Shown in pieces: positions 40,496-53,526 of a DNA stretch of 64,000 bases. Under the pieces are notes generated by a model. The model did no database searches. It saw only the letters and a list, made by a program, of their open reading frames with translations, and was not told the DNA's origin. Source of the stretch: the human T2T-CHM13v2.0 reference genome, Homo sapiens; the NCBI RefSeq assembly GCF_009914755.1, contig NC_060937.1; one strand, given 5' to 3'. How positions within the stretch are numbered: the first letter of the stretch is position 1; every line of letters starts with the position of its first letter. A program made the translations under genes and the position numbers.

Positions 40496-41096
40496 ATTGT
40501 TTAAGAAGTTTTGTAGTTTTATGGTGTTTTGTTTTTTGGTCTCCAACTTTCATTTTAAGTTCAGGGGTACATGTCAGGATGTGCAGGTTACATAGGTAAA
40601 CTTGTGCCATGGTGTTTGCCGCACAGACCATCCCATCACCTAGGTATTAAGCCCAGCATCCATTAGCTGTTCTTCCTGATGCTCTCCCTCCTCCCATCCT
40701 CACAGTCCAACAGGCCCCAGTGTGCGTTTTTCCCCCCATGTGTCCCTGTGTTCTCATCATTCAGCTCCCACTTATAAGTGAGAACATGCAGTTTTTGATT
40801 TTCTGTGCCTGTGTTAGTTTGCTGAGGATAACATCATCCAGCTCCATCCATGTCCCTGCAAAGGACATGATCTCCTTCCTTTTTATGGCTGTATAGTATC
40901 CCATGGTGTATATGTACCACCTTTTCTTTATCCAGTCTGCCATTCATGGGCATTTAGGTTGGTTTCACGTCTTTGCTATTGTGAACAGTGCTGCGATGAA
41001 CATATGCGTGCATGTATCTTTATAATAGAATGATTTATATTCCTTTGGGTATATACCCAATAACAGGATTGCTGGGTCAAATGGTATTTCTGCCTC
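40496..41096 (-). mobile_element. 5'-truncated L1PA (about PA8-PA11) with 19-bp TSD
   Basis: Reversed 3' UTR and ORF2 end (ORF 40761-40943: WIKKRWYIYTMGYY); TSD agaaat(t/g)ttctactagttt at 40477-95 and 41097-115. Confidence 0.93.
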
Positions 41097-41360
41097 AGAA
41101 ATGTTCTACTAGTTTTCTATTATGGTGTATGGGTGGATATTCAACCCTGTCACTCTTCTTATTCACCTACTTACCCATTTATTATCTTCCTCCAAATAAA
41201 TACTTTATACCAATATCTTAGTTAAATTAATAATTACCTTATACATTTTCTAACTATTTAAATACTTTTTCCTGCTATATCCAAATAATATGTTTCTTCT
41301 TTGAACAAATTTTGTTTTCCTTAGATTTGACAAATGCCTTGCATGTCTTCATTTGCTTAG

Positions 41361-41614
41361 TTTTTTTTTTTTTTTTGGACAGAGACTCGCACTGTCACCC
41401 AGCTGGAGTGCAATGACACGACCTCCGCCTCCCAGGTTCATGCGATTCTCCTGCCTCAGCCTCCCGAGTAGCTGGGGTTACAGGATTACAGGTGCACATC
41501 ACCATACCTGGCTAATTTATTGTATTTTTAGTAGATATGAGGTTTCACTATGTTGGCCAGACTGGTCTCGAACTCCTGAACTCGTGATCCGCCCACCTCG
41601 GCAACCCAAAGTGC
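41361..41614 (-). mobile_element. 5'-truncated Alu (AluS) with internal deletion
   Basis: Alu body ends at cccaaagtgc; flanking catttgctta repeats at 41350 and 41614. Confidence 0.9.
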
Positions 41615-41749
41615 ATTTGCTTAATTTTTTAACAGCTCCACAGTGAAGTTACCTCAAATCAGTAAAAGCCCTATCAATTCTAATCCATTTATTTTCAAAC
41701 GCATCTGGAAACTTACTTCTTTTCTTTTTCCCCCGGAGTCCTTCAGTCT

Positions 41750-42520
41750 GGAACTTTAGTAAACCTGCAGCATAGGGAAACTCTCTTTCCTGCCCTGTCC
41801 GTGAAACCCCCTGTTCCCTACATTTCTTGCATTTTCTTTCATGGTTTACTCCATAATTTTGGTATCACATAGCATCTGTAGCTTCATAACAAATATTGAA
41901 ATAGAGGTAAACATTTATTTGATATTTTACATGGCCAAAAGGTTTTGGTTCTTTTTTTCCTCTTACTCTTATTAACAGTTTGGCTGTCTATAGAATGCCA
42001 GGAAACATGTCCATTTTCCTACCTTTGGAAATTAAAAAGGCACTCCTCTCTGTCTTCTAGAGTCCAGTGCTGTTCTCAATGCATGTAAACCAATCTGATT
42101 AATTTGCATACAGCTTTTTAAAGAAATTTTTGGTCCTTGATCTTATGTTTTGCCATGTAAAATTTTATTTTAGTGTACATTTGTGCGAGTTCCCCACTAC
42201 CCTCTATTCATTGTTCTGGTTGCTTCATGGTCCTTTTCATGCAAAGATTTGTGTTCTAATACTGAAATGTATTATTGAATTATTTATTTCTTTTATAATA
42301 TTCCATCTGTTTTCTTTTGTTCTTTCTTTTTGAATTCTGAATCGTTAGATCTAAGACTTCCTGATTATTTTCTCTCATTCACCAATCTTTTCTATACCAA
42401 TGTCTATCTCTTTGAATTCATTATATTTTTGAAAAATTTCCTCAAATTTAGATTAACATTTTTCTGTTAATTTTTTTCAGCTATTGTGTACTTAACCTCC
42501 CAAAGTTATTTTTTAGTTCC
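41750..42520 (-). mobile_element. Very old L1M/HAL1-like fragment
   Basis: T-rich; 'cagtttggctgtctatagaat...tgtcttctag...aatctgatt' resembles an old L1 ORF1-region antisense strand. Confidence 0.4.
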
Positions 42521-44860
42521 CTGGCAGTTGATATTGGTACCTCACAATGCAATAGTGTTTATTTTGAGCCAGTTTTATACAGTGTGGATTCTAACACTCC
42601 AGTCTCAGTATCTTTTGTTTGGGATTATTGGGTTTATCCTAAAAAAAATCCTATAATCTCCAGCTTTTGGAACTATCTGCATGGCTACAGTCATTCTCAG
42701 GTAAAATAAGAGGACAGGGAACCCCACCTTTCAGTGTGTAGAATATGATATATTCATCATGTTTTCATTTCTAAACTTTACCTTAGAATTGAGATGCCCT
42801 GCGTCTCAATTTCTCTAGCTCACTATTTCACAGGTTACATTGGGAGAGAGTGTGGGAAAGGGGAAAGAATGCTCCCTGTCTGTTTACTTCATTACCTGTT
42901 TGTCTCACTATTATGCAAACAGAATTTCAATCAGTCTTTCTATTATTAGTCTCATGCCTGGCCTATATAACTTATGGAAATATGTTCTTCCAAATTCTAG
43001 GCCTCCTTGTCCACACGATGTGCCAGACTTTAAATACATTCTCTCATTTCAACTTTATATCAGGCATATTAAAAAGTACATATATTACTCCCTTTGATAT
43101 ACAAGAAAACAGAGGTACTCTTAAGTACAGAGGTACTTCCCAAGACAGACAGATGTAATCTCAAGACACTGTAAATTGGTGGGAACAAGACCCAAATGTA
43201 GCTTTGTCCAACGAAGAAGTTGATACTATTAACTTCTACATGTCCCGCCTCCCTCACAAATGTGCAGTACAGATGTGCTTTGCCACAATGAATTCTCAGT
43301 GCAGGATGCAGTCATTACTGAGAGTTTTAAAAACAAACTTGAATTGAAAGAAATGAAAATCATTTACTGCAGTTAGAACCAGCAAAGTACTTGTGAGACA
43401 GCGTGCACACAGATGTATGCACTTGCTTTTAGATATATTGGCAAATTATATCGTCTAATGCAATGAGCTGCAAAAGGTTCATATGCTAAGTCTAAAGATT
43501 TTATACATATATATATATATGTATATAATAGTCCAAGTTTTACCATGCTTACACAGTGATGCATAAATAGAAAACAATACCGATTTGTCATTGATCACAA
43601 GATTATTATTAGACATAAACAAAATACTGGCTTAGGAAGAAGCACAGTGAGAAAGTAATAAAATTATCCCTATGATTTGTTCCAAAGCCAGGATTATAAC
43701 ATAAAAAACAGGGTGAATTAGCTACCTATCTCTGCTGAGGACAAAACAAAAACAATTATGCCTTTCAGCATAGAAAAAAACAACAACAGATGCTTTAGTG
43801 AACAAAGTGTGCACATTTGGGAGGTTTCGCTTTTATTTTTTTTTCATTGACAGCTTATATTTTGTCATATATTTATAGGCATAAGAGAGGAGTTAACTAG
43901 TATTTTTCCAGCTAATACATAATGCAGATATTTAAGAGAGAGAGAGAGAGAAAGAGATAGACTCTTTGAGCTTAGTGGTGCAGTGCTTTAAAACACTGAA
44001 GACCTGTCAAAAGCTTAACTCAAGAAAGAATCAGTTTTATCTCTAGTATCGCCAATGACTATAACTTAGATATCCGGATAAAAGGCACATTATTCAGCTT
44101 AAGTACACTTGTTCTATAGCCTGCTAAAGTGCAGGGAAAGGCAAAGCTGGGTGGCTGCAGTATTCTGAAACAATAGGAGTCAATCTTCGGTGGCAATAAA
44201 ATGTCAAAAATGCTTTTCCGCAACTCCCCACATAAAGGGGAAAGTCAATTATTAGTCAAAAATGCAGGCAGAACTCTGCTCCCTTCTGGACCCTATAAAT
44301 TTCATCTTTTATCTTCTATTTAGGAAGACATATTATTTAGAATATGTGGACACGCAGCTCTGGAAGACAGATTCTATCAGCAGTTACTTCACTAAGCCTA
44401 ATAAGACATTATAGTATATTAAGATTTCTCACATGCATTCTTTTTAAGAAGATGAGTTTTATTCTAAAGTAGATTTTCTTATCATATTTATTTCTTCATG
44501 TCTAATCTGCCTGTTCTTCACCACCTAGAACTGTTCTCAATGCAAATTTAAATTTGGCATTAAATGCAGTCTATTTCATTTGGTAACTTAAAAGCAGGAT
44601 CAGTCTTGAACAAAGCACTGTCGCTCAGAGAAATAAAAGATTGGATTTCTTAAATAGAATGTAAGCCAAATCCCCACTCACATAAAGTAGGCTGTACTAG
44701 AATGAATGGATATACACAGACTGGCTCAATGATTGGCTATACTGATTCAATTCTTCAACTGTAAACATCCTGCTTTCAAACTTAAAATACCAGTAAGAAA
44801 ATGTTTTCTGTTAATAATTCTAACTTCATTCATAGTTGAATACAACTGCTTAATTGTTGA

Positions 44861-45225
<365 letters not shown>

Positions 45226-45380
45226 TTATGATATTATGTCACTAGACACTTCAGGTAGGCTGAAATAAATCCAATAATCTGGAAGACTTTATTTTCCTTC
45301 TTGAGTCATAAAAATGATGCATCCAATATAAGTGGTAAAGGGATTTAAGTAGATTTTATGTGCAATAGGACTTTTAAAAT

Positions 45381-45860
45381 TGTTTTGGCCGCCTCACTTT
45401 GGAATCCCTTTTCATGTTGATGATGTCTCTCCTACCTCTAGCAGACCCCAACCCTTGGAACTGAAATGGAAATTCTAGATACTTCCTTTTCCATCCCATC
45501 CCACAGCTAGGGCACAGGCATGTGACTTAGTCTCTGCCAACCACAAGCACCGACTCCCTACTTTAAATAAGCAATTATTGAGCCAAGCGGGCAGGAATGC
45601 ACAGACCAGTTGTGGTCACTGTGTGCAATGTCAGGATATCAACTGTCCCTGAGGTGGAGATGGTAGTATCCTATCTGGCTAGATATTTGGGGGTAGACTT
45701 CATTGCTCATAGCTATATAGCCTTCATGCTGGGTTAGCTAGCTTTCTGAGAGTTTCTATTAGCTACCCAAGAGCCTTAAATGCATTTCACTTTTCTGCTT
45801 AAATTAGCCACACAATTAGCCAATGTCTTTTGCTTGCAAATAATAACTCTTACTGATACT
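45381..45860 (+). mobile_element. LTR33-like ERVL solo LTR
   Basis: 'cagctagggcacaggcatgtgacttagtctctgccaa' and the end 'ctgcttaaattagcc...gcttgcaa...actgatac'. Confidence 0.7.
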
Positions 45861-46715
45861 CTGTATTTTCTGTTTGCTCCAATTTTTCATCTTTGGGACT
45901 TCCAGACCAAAAAGACACACAGTGATCTCTGGTTTTTTAAATGCATGCTGTTCTCATATAAATAATTATAATCCACCCTACCCCCCACCCCACCCCAATT
46001 GTTTGCATGAATAGGTGTATGTGTTTTCTGGATAGCACCAAAGAAATAATAAATACAGTCAATTTTCTATCTAGAAAACGCTCCTATAATTTTTTATATC
46101 AAGGTAAAAGCAGGGACCTTTGAAAATCATGATAAAATTTGCTTCTAGGGAAGGGTCAACCCTTGCTCTACTGCTCACATTTTTTCTCCATTATGTCTGA
46201 AATCAGGAAACTCTTACAAGGCAAGAAGAATGATCCTTATTTAGAAACTACAACTGTCCCTTTAAGTCACCAACTTTTTTTTCAGCCATAATTATACTTA
46301 TGGATGCTCCCTCAGTTACCGATGTCTTACCTCTACTGGATCTCCTGAAATGCTCTCCATTCCTAACAAATGCAGTCACAAACGTTAGGTATAGCAGGTG
46401 CCACATAAGGTGCTAAAAGGAAGGGGACAACTAGGTCACAGTCTTTGCCTTCAAGGATCTTAAATATCTGGGGTAGGACTAGTATATAAATAATATTAAT
46501 AAAAGACAAGCTGTAATTATTTTAAGAGAGATATAGGTCAAGTCTCACTGTGGTTTAAAGAAAGTACTCACCATTTTTGAAAATCACAGAAGGAATCATG
46601 GATATCACTCTGGACAGAGTTTACAAATATGCTATTGTTGAAAGAATTTCAACCACCAATTTGACATAACCAATTTAACACCAACCAACTACTTTATACC
46701 TTTTCTCTTGTTTTC

Positions 46716-46880
46716 TTTATTTTTTTTTTCCTTCAACTTCTAAGTTCCAGGGTACATGTGCAGGATGTGCAAGTTTGTTACATAGGTAAACGTGTGCCAT
46801 GGTGGTTTGCAGCACAGATCAACCCATCACCTAGGTATTAAGCTCAGCATCCATTAGCTATTCTTCCTGATGCTCTCCCT
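46716..46880 (-). mobile_element. Short L1PA (about PA10) 3' end
   Basis: 'gggtacatgtgcaggatgtgc...cagcatccattagctattcttcctgatgctctccc'. Confidence 0.9.
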
Positions 46881-47968
46881 TGTTTTTCATTTTAGTTTTC
46901 TATTTCTAAGTAAAGTGTGTTTATCAATAACTAGCTCATTTTTCCATTTATGTTTACCAGAAATGCATAATCAGCAGAGCTTTGGGGACAACATAAAATA
47001 AGTGTCATACTAACACCAAATAACCATAACGATAACAACAGCAATGGTATTCTAAAGTAAAAAATAAAGAAAAATTCAAAAAGTGTTGTCATACTTTAGA
47101 GTATTTGTTTCAGTTGTGTTGAAAGAGAACTCATTTGCATTATAAAATGTTAAAAATGAAGTAGTGTAGAGTCCATAAATATCACTTCCAAGGGCTCAGT
47201 GTCACTTAGATCTAGATTCACAGGTCAACTCAATTTCATGAAAAAATATACTTGTGTGTATTATAACAAAAAACCAGGTTGGTATAGTTAAATTTTCTAC
47301 GGCAGAAGAGGAGATGGGGCATGGGCATTTGTTCATGCGTGTCAGCACGGTCTGAGGAGCTGAGCTGACTTTCTGGTTAACAGGCAAGGTGTGCTCTGCA
47401 GTGAGAACGTGGATAATTCATGACACCCTCTGTCAGGCCTTCAGATCAAACTTATCTAAAAGCTTTCAACTCATTGCATGCTAACCAACCATCTATCTAA
47501 CCACAAATGTGCTTCACAAGGAAACTAGTTCTGGAAAGGAGATAGTCTAGATCGCAACCATATCAATGTAGCTGCTGACAAGATGCCACCTTTAGAGTAA
47601 AATACTTTTTAAAATTCTGGTTTATCAATCAGTATCTTGTGTAATTGATTTCCATCAGTCAGCAACAGAGTTGCATCAATAGTCTCAACATGCATATGGA
47701 TTTTATCTAAGCAATTTATCTCACCTTTTAGGAAGCTCAGACTAAATATTCAACAAACCTTTTCCCACACAATTTGATATAATTACAACGAATAATTACA
47801 GTGCTAAGATGACGATCTCAAACAGTTGTTGGCAATATACCATGGCACATTTTCCCACATTTATGGTCTATTCCATAGCTCTCGGTCTCAAATATAGAAT
47901 ATTTCTAAAAGTTTTAGCCAAACCTCAGATTTAATTGGAAAGAGCTCAATATAAGTTTATGCACTTGA

Positions 47969-48210
47969 GCCAGGAGTAGCAGTGTGCAACTCTGGTCCCA
48001 GCTACTGGGGAGGATGAGGTAGGAGAATTGCTTGAGCCTGGAAGTTCAAGGTTGCAGTGAGCTATGATGGTGCCACTGATCCAGCCTGGGCAAAAGAGTG
48101 AGACCCAGTTTCTTAAGAGAAAATACAAGAAAAGAAAAGAGAAAAAAAGGAGAAAAGAAAAGAAACAAGAAAAAAAAGAAAGAAAGAAAAGAAAGGAAAA
48201 GAAAAAAGAA
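47969..48210 (+). mobile_element. Alu monomer (FRAM/AluJ right arm) with GA-rich tail
   Basis: Single arm 'tcccagctact...gcagtgagctatgat...gagacc' followed by a (GAAAA)n tract. Confidence 0.85.
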
Positions 48211-48408
48211 GCACCAGTATCTATATTGCAGACATACCAAACCTCTCGGTATCTACTCCCTAATTTAAAGAGTTGGCAACAATTGCCCATTAGATAACAA
48301 GAAACCAAAACCAGACTGGCTCATTCTTGCTAAGAAATTCATATACCATCATCATCACCACAAGCCCATAAAGAATCCCCAGGAGACCAGGTGTTCTGGA
48401 TTAGGGCT

Positions 48409-48726
48409 TGCGTTAGTTCGTTTTCACACTGCTATAAAGAACTACCTGAGACTGGGTAATTTATGAAGAAAAGAGGTTTAATTGACTCACAATTATGCAT
48501 GGCTGGGGAAGCCTCAGAAAACTCAGAAAATCATGGCAGAAGGCAAAGGGGATGCAAGGCACCTTCTTCAGGTGGCATCAGGAGAGAGAGTGAGAGGAAG
48601 TGCTACACTTTTAAACCCTCAGATCTCGTGAGAACTCACTATCGCAAGAAGAGCATGGGGGAAACCACCTGCAGAATCCAATCGCCTCCCACCAGGTCCC
48701 TCCCTCAACACGTGGGGATTACAATT
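48409..48726 (-). mobile_element. MSTA/THE1-like MaLR LTR, truncated at one end
   Basis: 'gctataaagaactacctgagactgggtaatttatgaagaaaagaggtttaattgactcac'; stops abruptly at a TA-rich microsatellite. Confidence 0.88.
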
Positions 48727-48728
48727 TT

Positions 48729-48949
48729 TATATATATACATATCATATATATACATATATGTATACACACATATGTGTGTATATATACACATATATGTAT
48801 ATATACATATATGTGTATATATACACATACAAAGAGACACGTATAAATATACACAGATATGTGTATATGTATATATACACATATATACACACAGACACAC
48901 ATATATATTAATATATACACACACACAAACATATATATACACACATACA
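48729..48949. repeat. Compound (TA)/(CA)/(TG) microsatellite
   Basis: Direct read; includes a 52-bp perfect palindrome. Confidence 0.93.
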
Positions 48950-49323
48950 TTCCTAGTAGTTATGTATCGATGAGTCTTATTTGCTTGGGAATGACTGAAT
49001 CTAGGTGTTAGCAATCATTTTATGAAAGACTGCTTCAAATAACATCGATTTATCCTACAGTTTCTTTATCCCTCCAACTAATGTGATTTCTCCTTCTGAA
49101 ATGCTCAGTAACTGACCACTCACAGATCTATTTCAGAATTACTCTTTATGTACCTCATCTCCTCACTACCTTGTTGGCAACCTGAGGGAAGAGCATGCAT
49201 CTTTCATGTCACAGTGTTACCCACACGTGCCAAAAGAGTGCCCTTTTTCCAGTAGAGATTCCAGAAATGGTTATGAAATTGAATTATGCATCATATTGTG
49301 ATACTAAACCAAACTCATGGTCC

Positions 49324-49557
49324 TTGTTTGTTTGTTTATTTATTTATTTATTTTTGAGACGAAGTCTCGCCCTGTCGCCCAGGCGGGAGTGCAGTGACGC
49401 AATCTCAGCTCACAGCAACCTCCACCTCCCAGGTTCAAACAATTCTCCCGTCTCAGCCTCTGGAGTAGCTGGGGCTACAAGCATGCACCACCACGCCCGG
49501 CTAATTTTTGTATTTTCAGTAGAGACAGGGTTTCGCCATGTTGGCCAGGCTGGTCTT
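49324..49557 (-). mobile_element. 5'-truncated Alu (AluS)
   Basis: Right arm plus part of the left arm, with a (TTTG/TTTA)n tail; no clear TSD. Confidence 0.92.
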
Positions 49558-50372
49558 TATAGTGTTCTCTTTAACCTAGTATAAAGTAGATGCATTTGCA
49601 AAGGAAGAACCAGTCAGTTATATAAAGCACCCAAGAAAAGCACCTGCCTTCCTTAGCACATTGGGAATATCCGTGTTCCATAAGGTCTGTGTGGTAGATT
49701 TTCTAAGAGGAAATATCTTATTAATCTATGACAACAATAGGGTATTCAGCAGAAATTTCAAACAGCATTCTCAAGACTACTTCTAAAAACTACTACTTCT
49801 AGAAACGGAGATAGTCTAAGAATGTATGTTTTTTACTGTAGCTATTGATCTTGTTTTTTATGTTCAATTAATAGGAAACATGCTTGATAACAACAGACTA
49901 GTTCTAATGAAAACTGTACTTGAAGGCTGCTGCTGCAATATAACTACACAGACATCAGGCAAGTTTAGATTGTTTTCTCAACCTGAGAAACAGGTTTTTA
50001 TATGGATTATCTAAAATCACACAAAGTCCCAGCAAGAATATACAAATAAAACCATGATTATATCAAATCCTTCCACACTAAAAAAAAAAACCTTTGAATT
50101 GTTAACCTTAATTAAGTAGTTACATTTTAATCCTACAATACACACACACATTATAAATGTTGCCTCAATTTGGCAATTAGGATCTAAACACATTGTCCTA
50201 ATTGACCAGTGACTCCATTAAACTCAGAGGTTTACATTTGAATTTGGAGAGACCTCAGTGCCTATATTCTTCCTTTTTCTGCTCTCTCCTAAAAGAGGTA
50301 TTAATAAACAATGGCATTCCCAGAAAGGATTACAAAACAGGAAGGAATGAATGCAAAACAAACAGGCAGTAA

Positions 50373-50696
50373 TCACCGCAATAAAACAGAGGACAAGGCA
50401 ACCCCCAGCCTGAAAAAACACATTAGATGTGAACAATAAACACAAACTGAATTTTGAGAGACTGAATTAAACTGAAGCCCAGGATGGTGCATGGAAGATT
50501 TACAAGCCACAGAGATTAATATAGAAGGTTCTCCTTTCAAGATTTGATTAAAAAGTCGAAGAGACAGCATGGGGTCACGCGGATGCAGAAAAGCAGACCC
50601 ATGAACCACAAAGCCGAGCCCCAGCTTCGTTTCGGGGAGAATGACAGTCTCGCCAGACAGTGGACTGCTATACTCATAATTTTCCTGTAGCATGTG
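50373..50696 (-). other. Candidate exon (possibly terminal); downstream end uncertain
   Basis: Strong acceptor ctttcttttattttatccttccag| with a GTGAC branch-like motif upstream; the following unique sequence retains CpGs. Confidence 0.35.
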
Positions 50697-51399
50697 CTGG
50701 AAGGATAAAATAAAAGAAAGCAGTGAAATGTCACGCAGTGTGAAAGGCGTGTATGAAAAGGTACAGAGCTGTCTTTCAGTAGACAGTCTACAAAAGCTTT
50801 TCAAATTGTTGCCTCATAACAGCTGCAGTGGTTTGATTCCCTAAATTCAAAAGACTTTCTCTTGTGTATTATCAAAGACAGAAGCTGACTTCGCTAACCC
50901 ACAAGGAAAATAGACACTGAGTCTGAGGGTCCACCAGGTTTCCTTTCCACCTGTCTGGAGGTGGACTGTGTCCAGCATGTTAACCTGACACTGGGGAGCG
51001 AGCCCTTCTCCTTGGCTCCAGAACAGGACATTCAGAGCTGAGGTGTCCCTGCCTGCAGCTCCAGAGAACGCCTTCCTGACCCACATCCACAGGTCAGAAC
51101 CACGTCCACACATCAGGGGCTACGGCAAAGCAGCAGCAAATTTTCTTCGGAAGTAGCTCTCTTAAATGGATCTTTTAGTTTAATTATGTTCTTCTAAGCC
51201 CCCTCTCCCTTCAGTAAGTAGAACATTTCACATACGGATTATCCTCTGCAGGAAATGAACACAAACAAATGGTTTTTAGTCTTTCAGAACACAATCATAT
51301 ACTTGGGCATTGTTCCATTCTGAATTCATTACACTTCCCCTCTATCCTGTTTTAAGGGCTCTGATATTTTTTACTGAATATAATGATATCAACATGTAA

Positions 51400-51640
51400 T
51401 GATATGGCTCATATTTCTGGCTTGTGTACTACATGCTAGGTGCTGTGCCAAGTGCCTTACATGAATGATTTCCTACAATCCTCACAATAGCATTGTATGG
51501 TGGACACTGTCATTATCTACATTCCATAGATGAGGTAACTGAGGGATAAAGAGATTATATCATCATCTGAGGTCACATTAATAGATTTAAGAGTGGATTT
51601 TACAAACTGGTGTTCTTAACATTGTGCTATTATACTCTTA
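51400..51640 (-). mobile_element. MIR SINE
   Basis: 'aatcctcacaatagc...cattccatagatgaggtaactgagg...aggtcaca'. Confidence 0.75.
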
Positions 51641-52386
51641 CCTCAATTTGGCAACTCAGTCTCTGTTTTACTTAGTAAACCATGTAGTATGAAGGCAAAA
51701 GAATGATAAAATGGAGCTGAAAGTAACCAGCACATACATATGTGCTATATATTTATCAGTAATTTTTCTGTATCTGTTTTATTTCAAAAGGGGGCAATTC
51801 ACAGCATCACCCAATATCCTAATCCTTCCTAATGCGCAAGTACAGCTCTGCATGATTAGAAACAAAACCTTGAATTTTAAAAAATGCATTATAGGCAGTA
51901 TGCTTTAGAGACTGAAGGAGAGAAGTGTTATTAAACGATTAAATAAGAAGAATGAAAATAGATGAAGGAAAAGAAATAACAGAGGAGAAGAAAGGGGCTC
52001 ATGAGAAGCCTCGGATGTGAGTCCTGCTTTTAGCTTTCACTGCCAGTGAGGCCTGCCACAAGCTACTTCAACTCTCTGATTTCAGTTGACTTCACCATAT
52101 AATGAATAGAAAATCAAAATTCAAAAACTTTCACTTGTATGTTATCAAAGAAAGAAGCTCTTTTGTGATGACATATGTTGATATAAAGAATCTTTTTCAT
52201 GACAAAGATTCCATTTATGGTTGAATATGACACATAAGTGCATTTGTATAATGCTTAGAATTCACAAGCTGCAGCGCTGCTGTCCTTCAGATCACTTGTT
52301 GGCCTCTGCTTCCTGGCTTCACACCATGAGACTTGACACTATGAAATCCCCCTAAGGCACCCCTTTCTCAAAACATTAGGAAACCA

Positions 52387-52655
52387 GGCCAGGCGCAGTG
52401 GCTCACGCCTATAATCCCAGTACTTTGGGAGGACGAGGTGGGCAGATGGCTTTGAGCTCAGGAGTTCGAGACCAGCCTGGGCAACATGGTAAAACCCTAT
52501 CTCTACAAAAATATAAACGCTAGCCAGGTATGGTGGTGCATGCCTGTAGTCCCAGCTACTTGGGAGGTTGCAGTGAGCCGAGATTGCACCACCGCACTCT
52601 AGCCTGGGTGACAGAGTGAGGCTTTATTAAAAAAAAAAAAAAAAAAAAAAAGAAA
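52387..52655 (+). mobile_element. Alu (J/early S) with right-arm deletion
   Basis: Alu with 'gctacttgggagg|ttgcagtgag' fusion and a long A tail. Confidence 0.93.
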
Positions 52656-53014
52656 GATAAAATTGGGAAACTTTTTAATCTGAACAGAGCATTTCCTCTT
52701 TTGTTTGTGCTCTGTTTTGACACTTAAGAGTTTATTTCCTATGAGTTTGATACAGATGTGTTTGTGTCATTGTTTTTCCTGCACAGAAATTCTAAAAAAT
52801 TAGGTGCCGTATCCATGACATCATGCTCCACCTACGTTTTCCACACCTGAGTTTCATATTTTGAATTATTTGAAAAATTAACCAGGTTATACCATAAACA
52901 GTAGTGCTATTCCAAATGTGGATATTAACAATGAGTTACTATTCGTAGCAAGGGAAGAAACAAAATTGAAAGTGTTTAGAAGGGTTTTTTTTTGCATTTT
53001 CTCTCATTTTTGAA

Positions 53015-53526
<512 letters not shown>

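Noticed and set aside
48463-49014. ORFs rich in Y/I/C/V/H/T
   Set aside because: Derived from the LTR and the TA/CA microsatellite.
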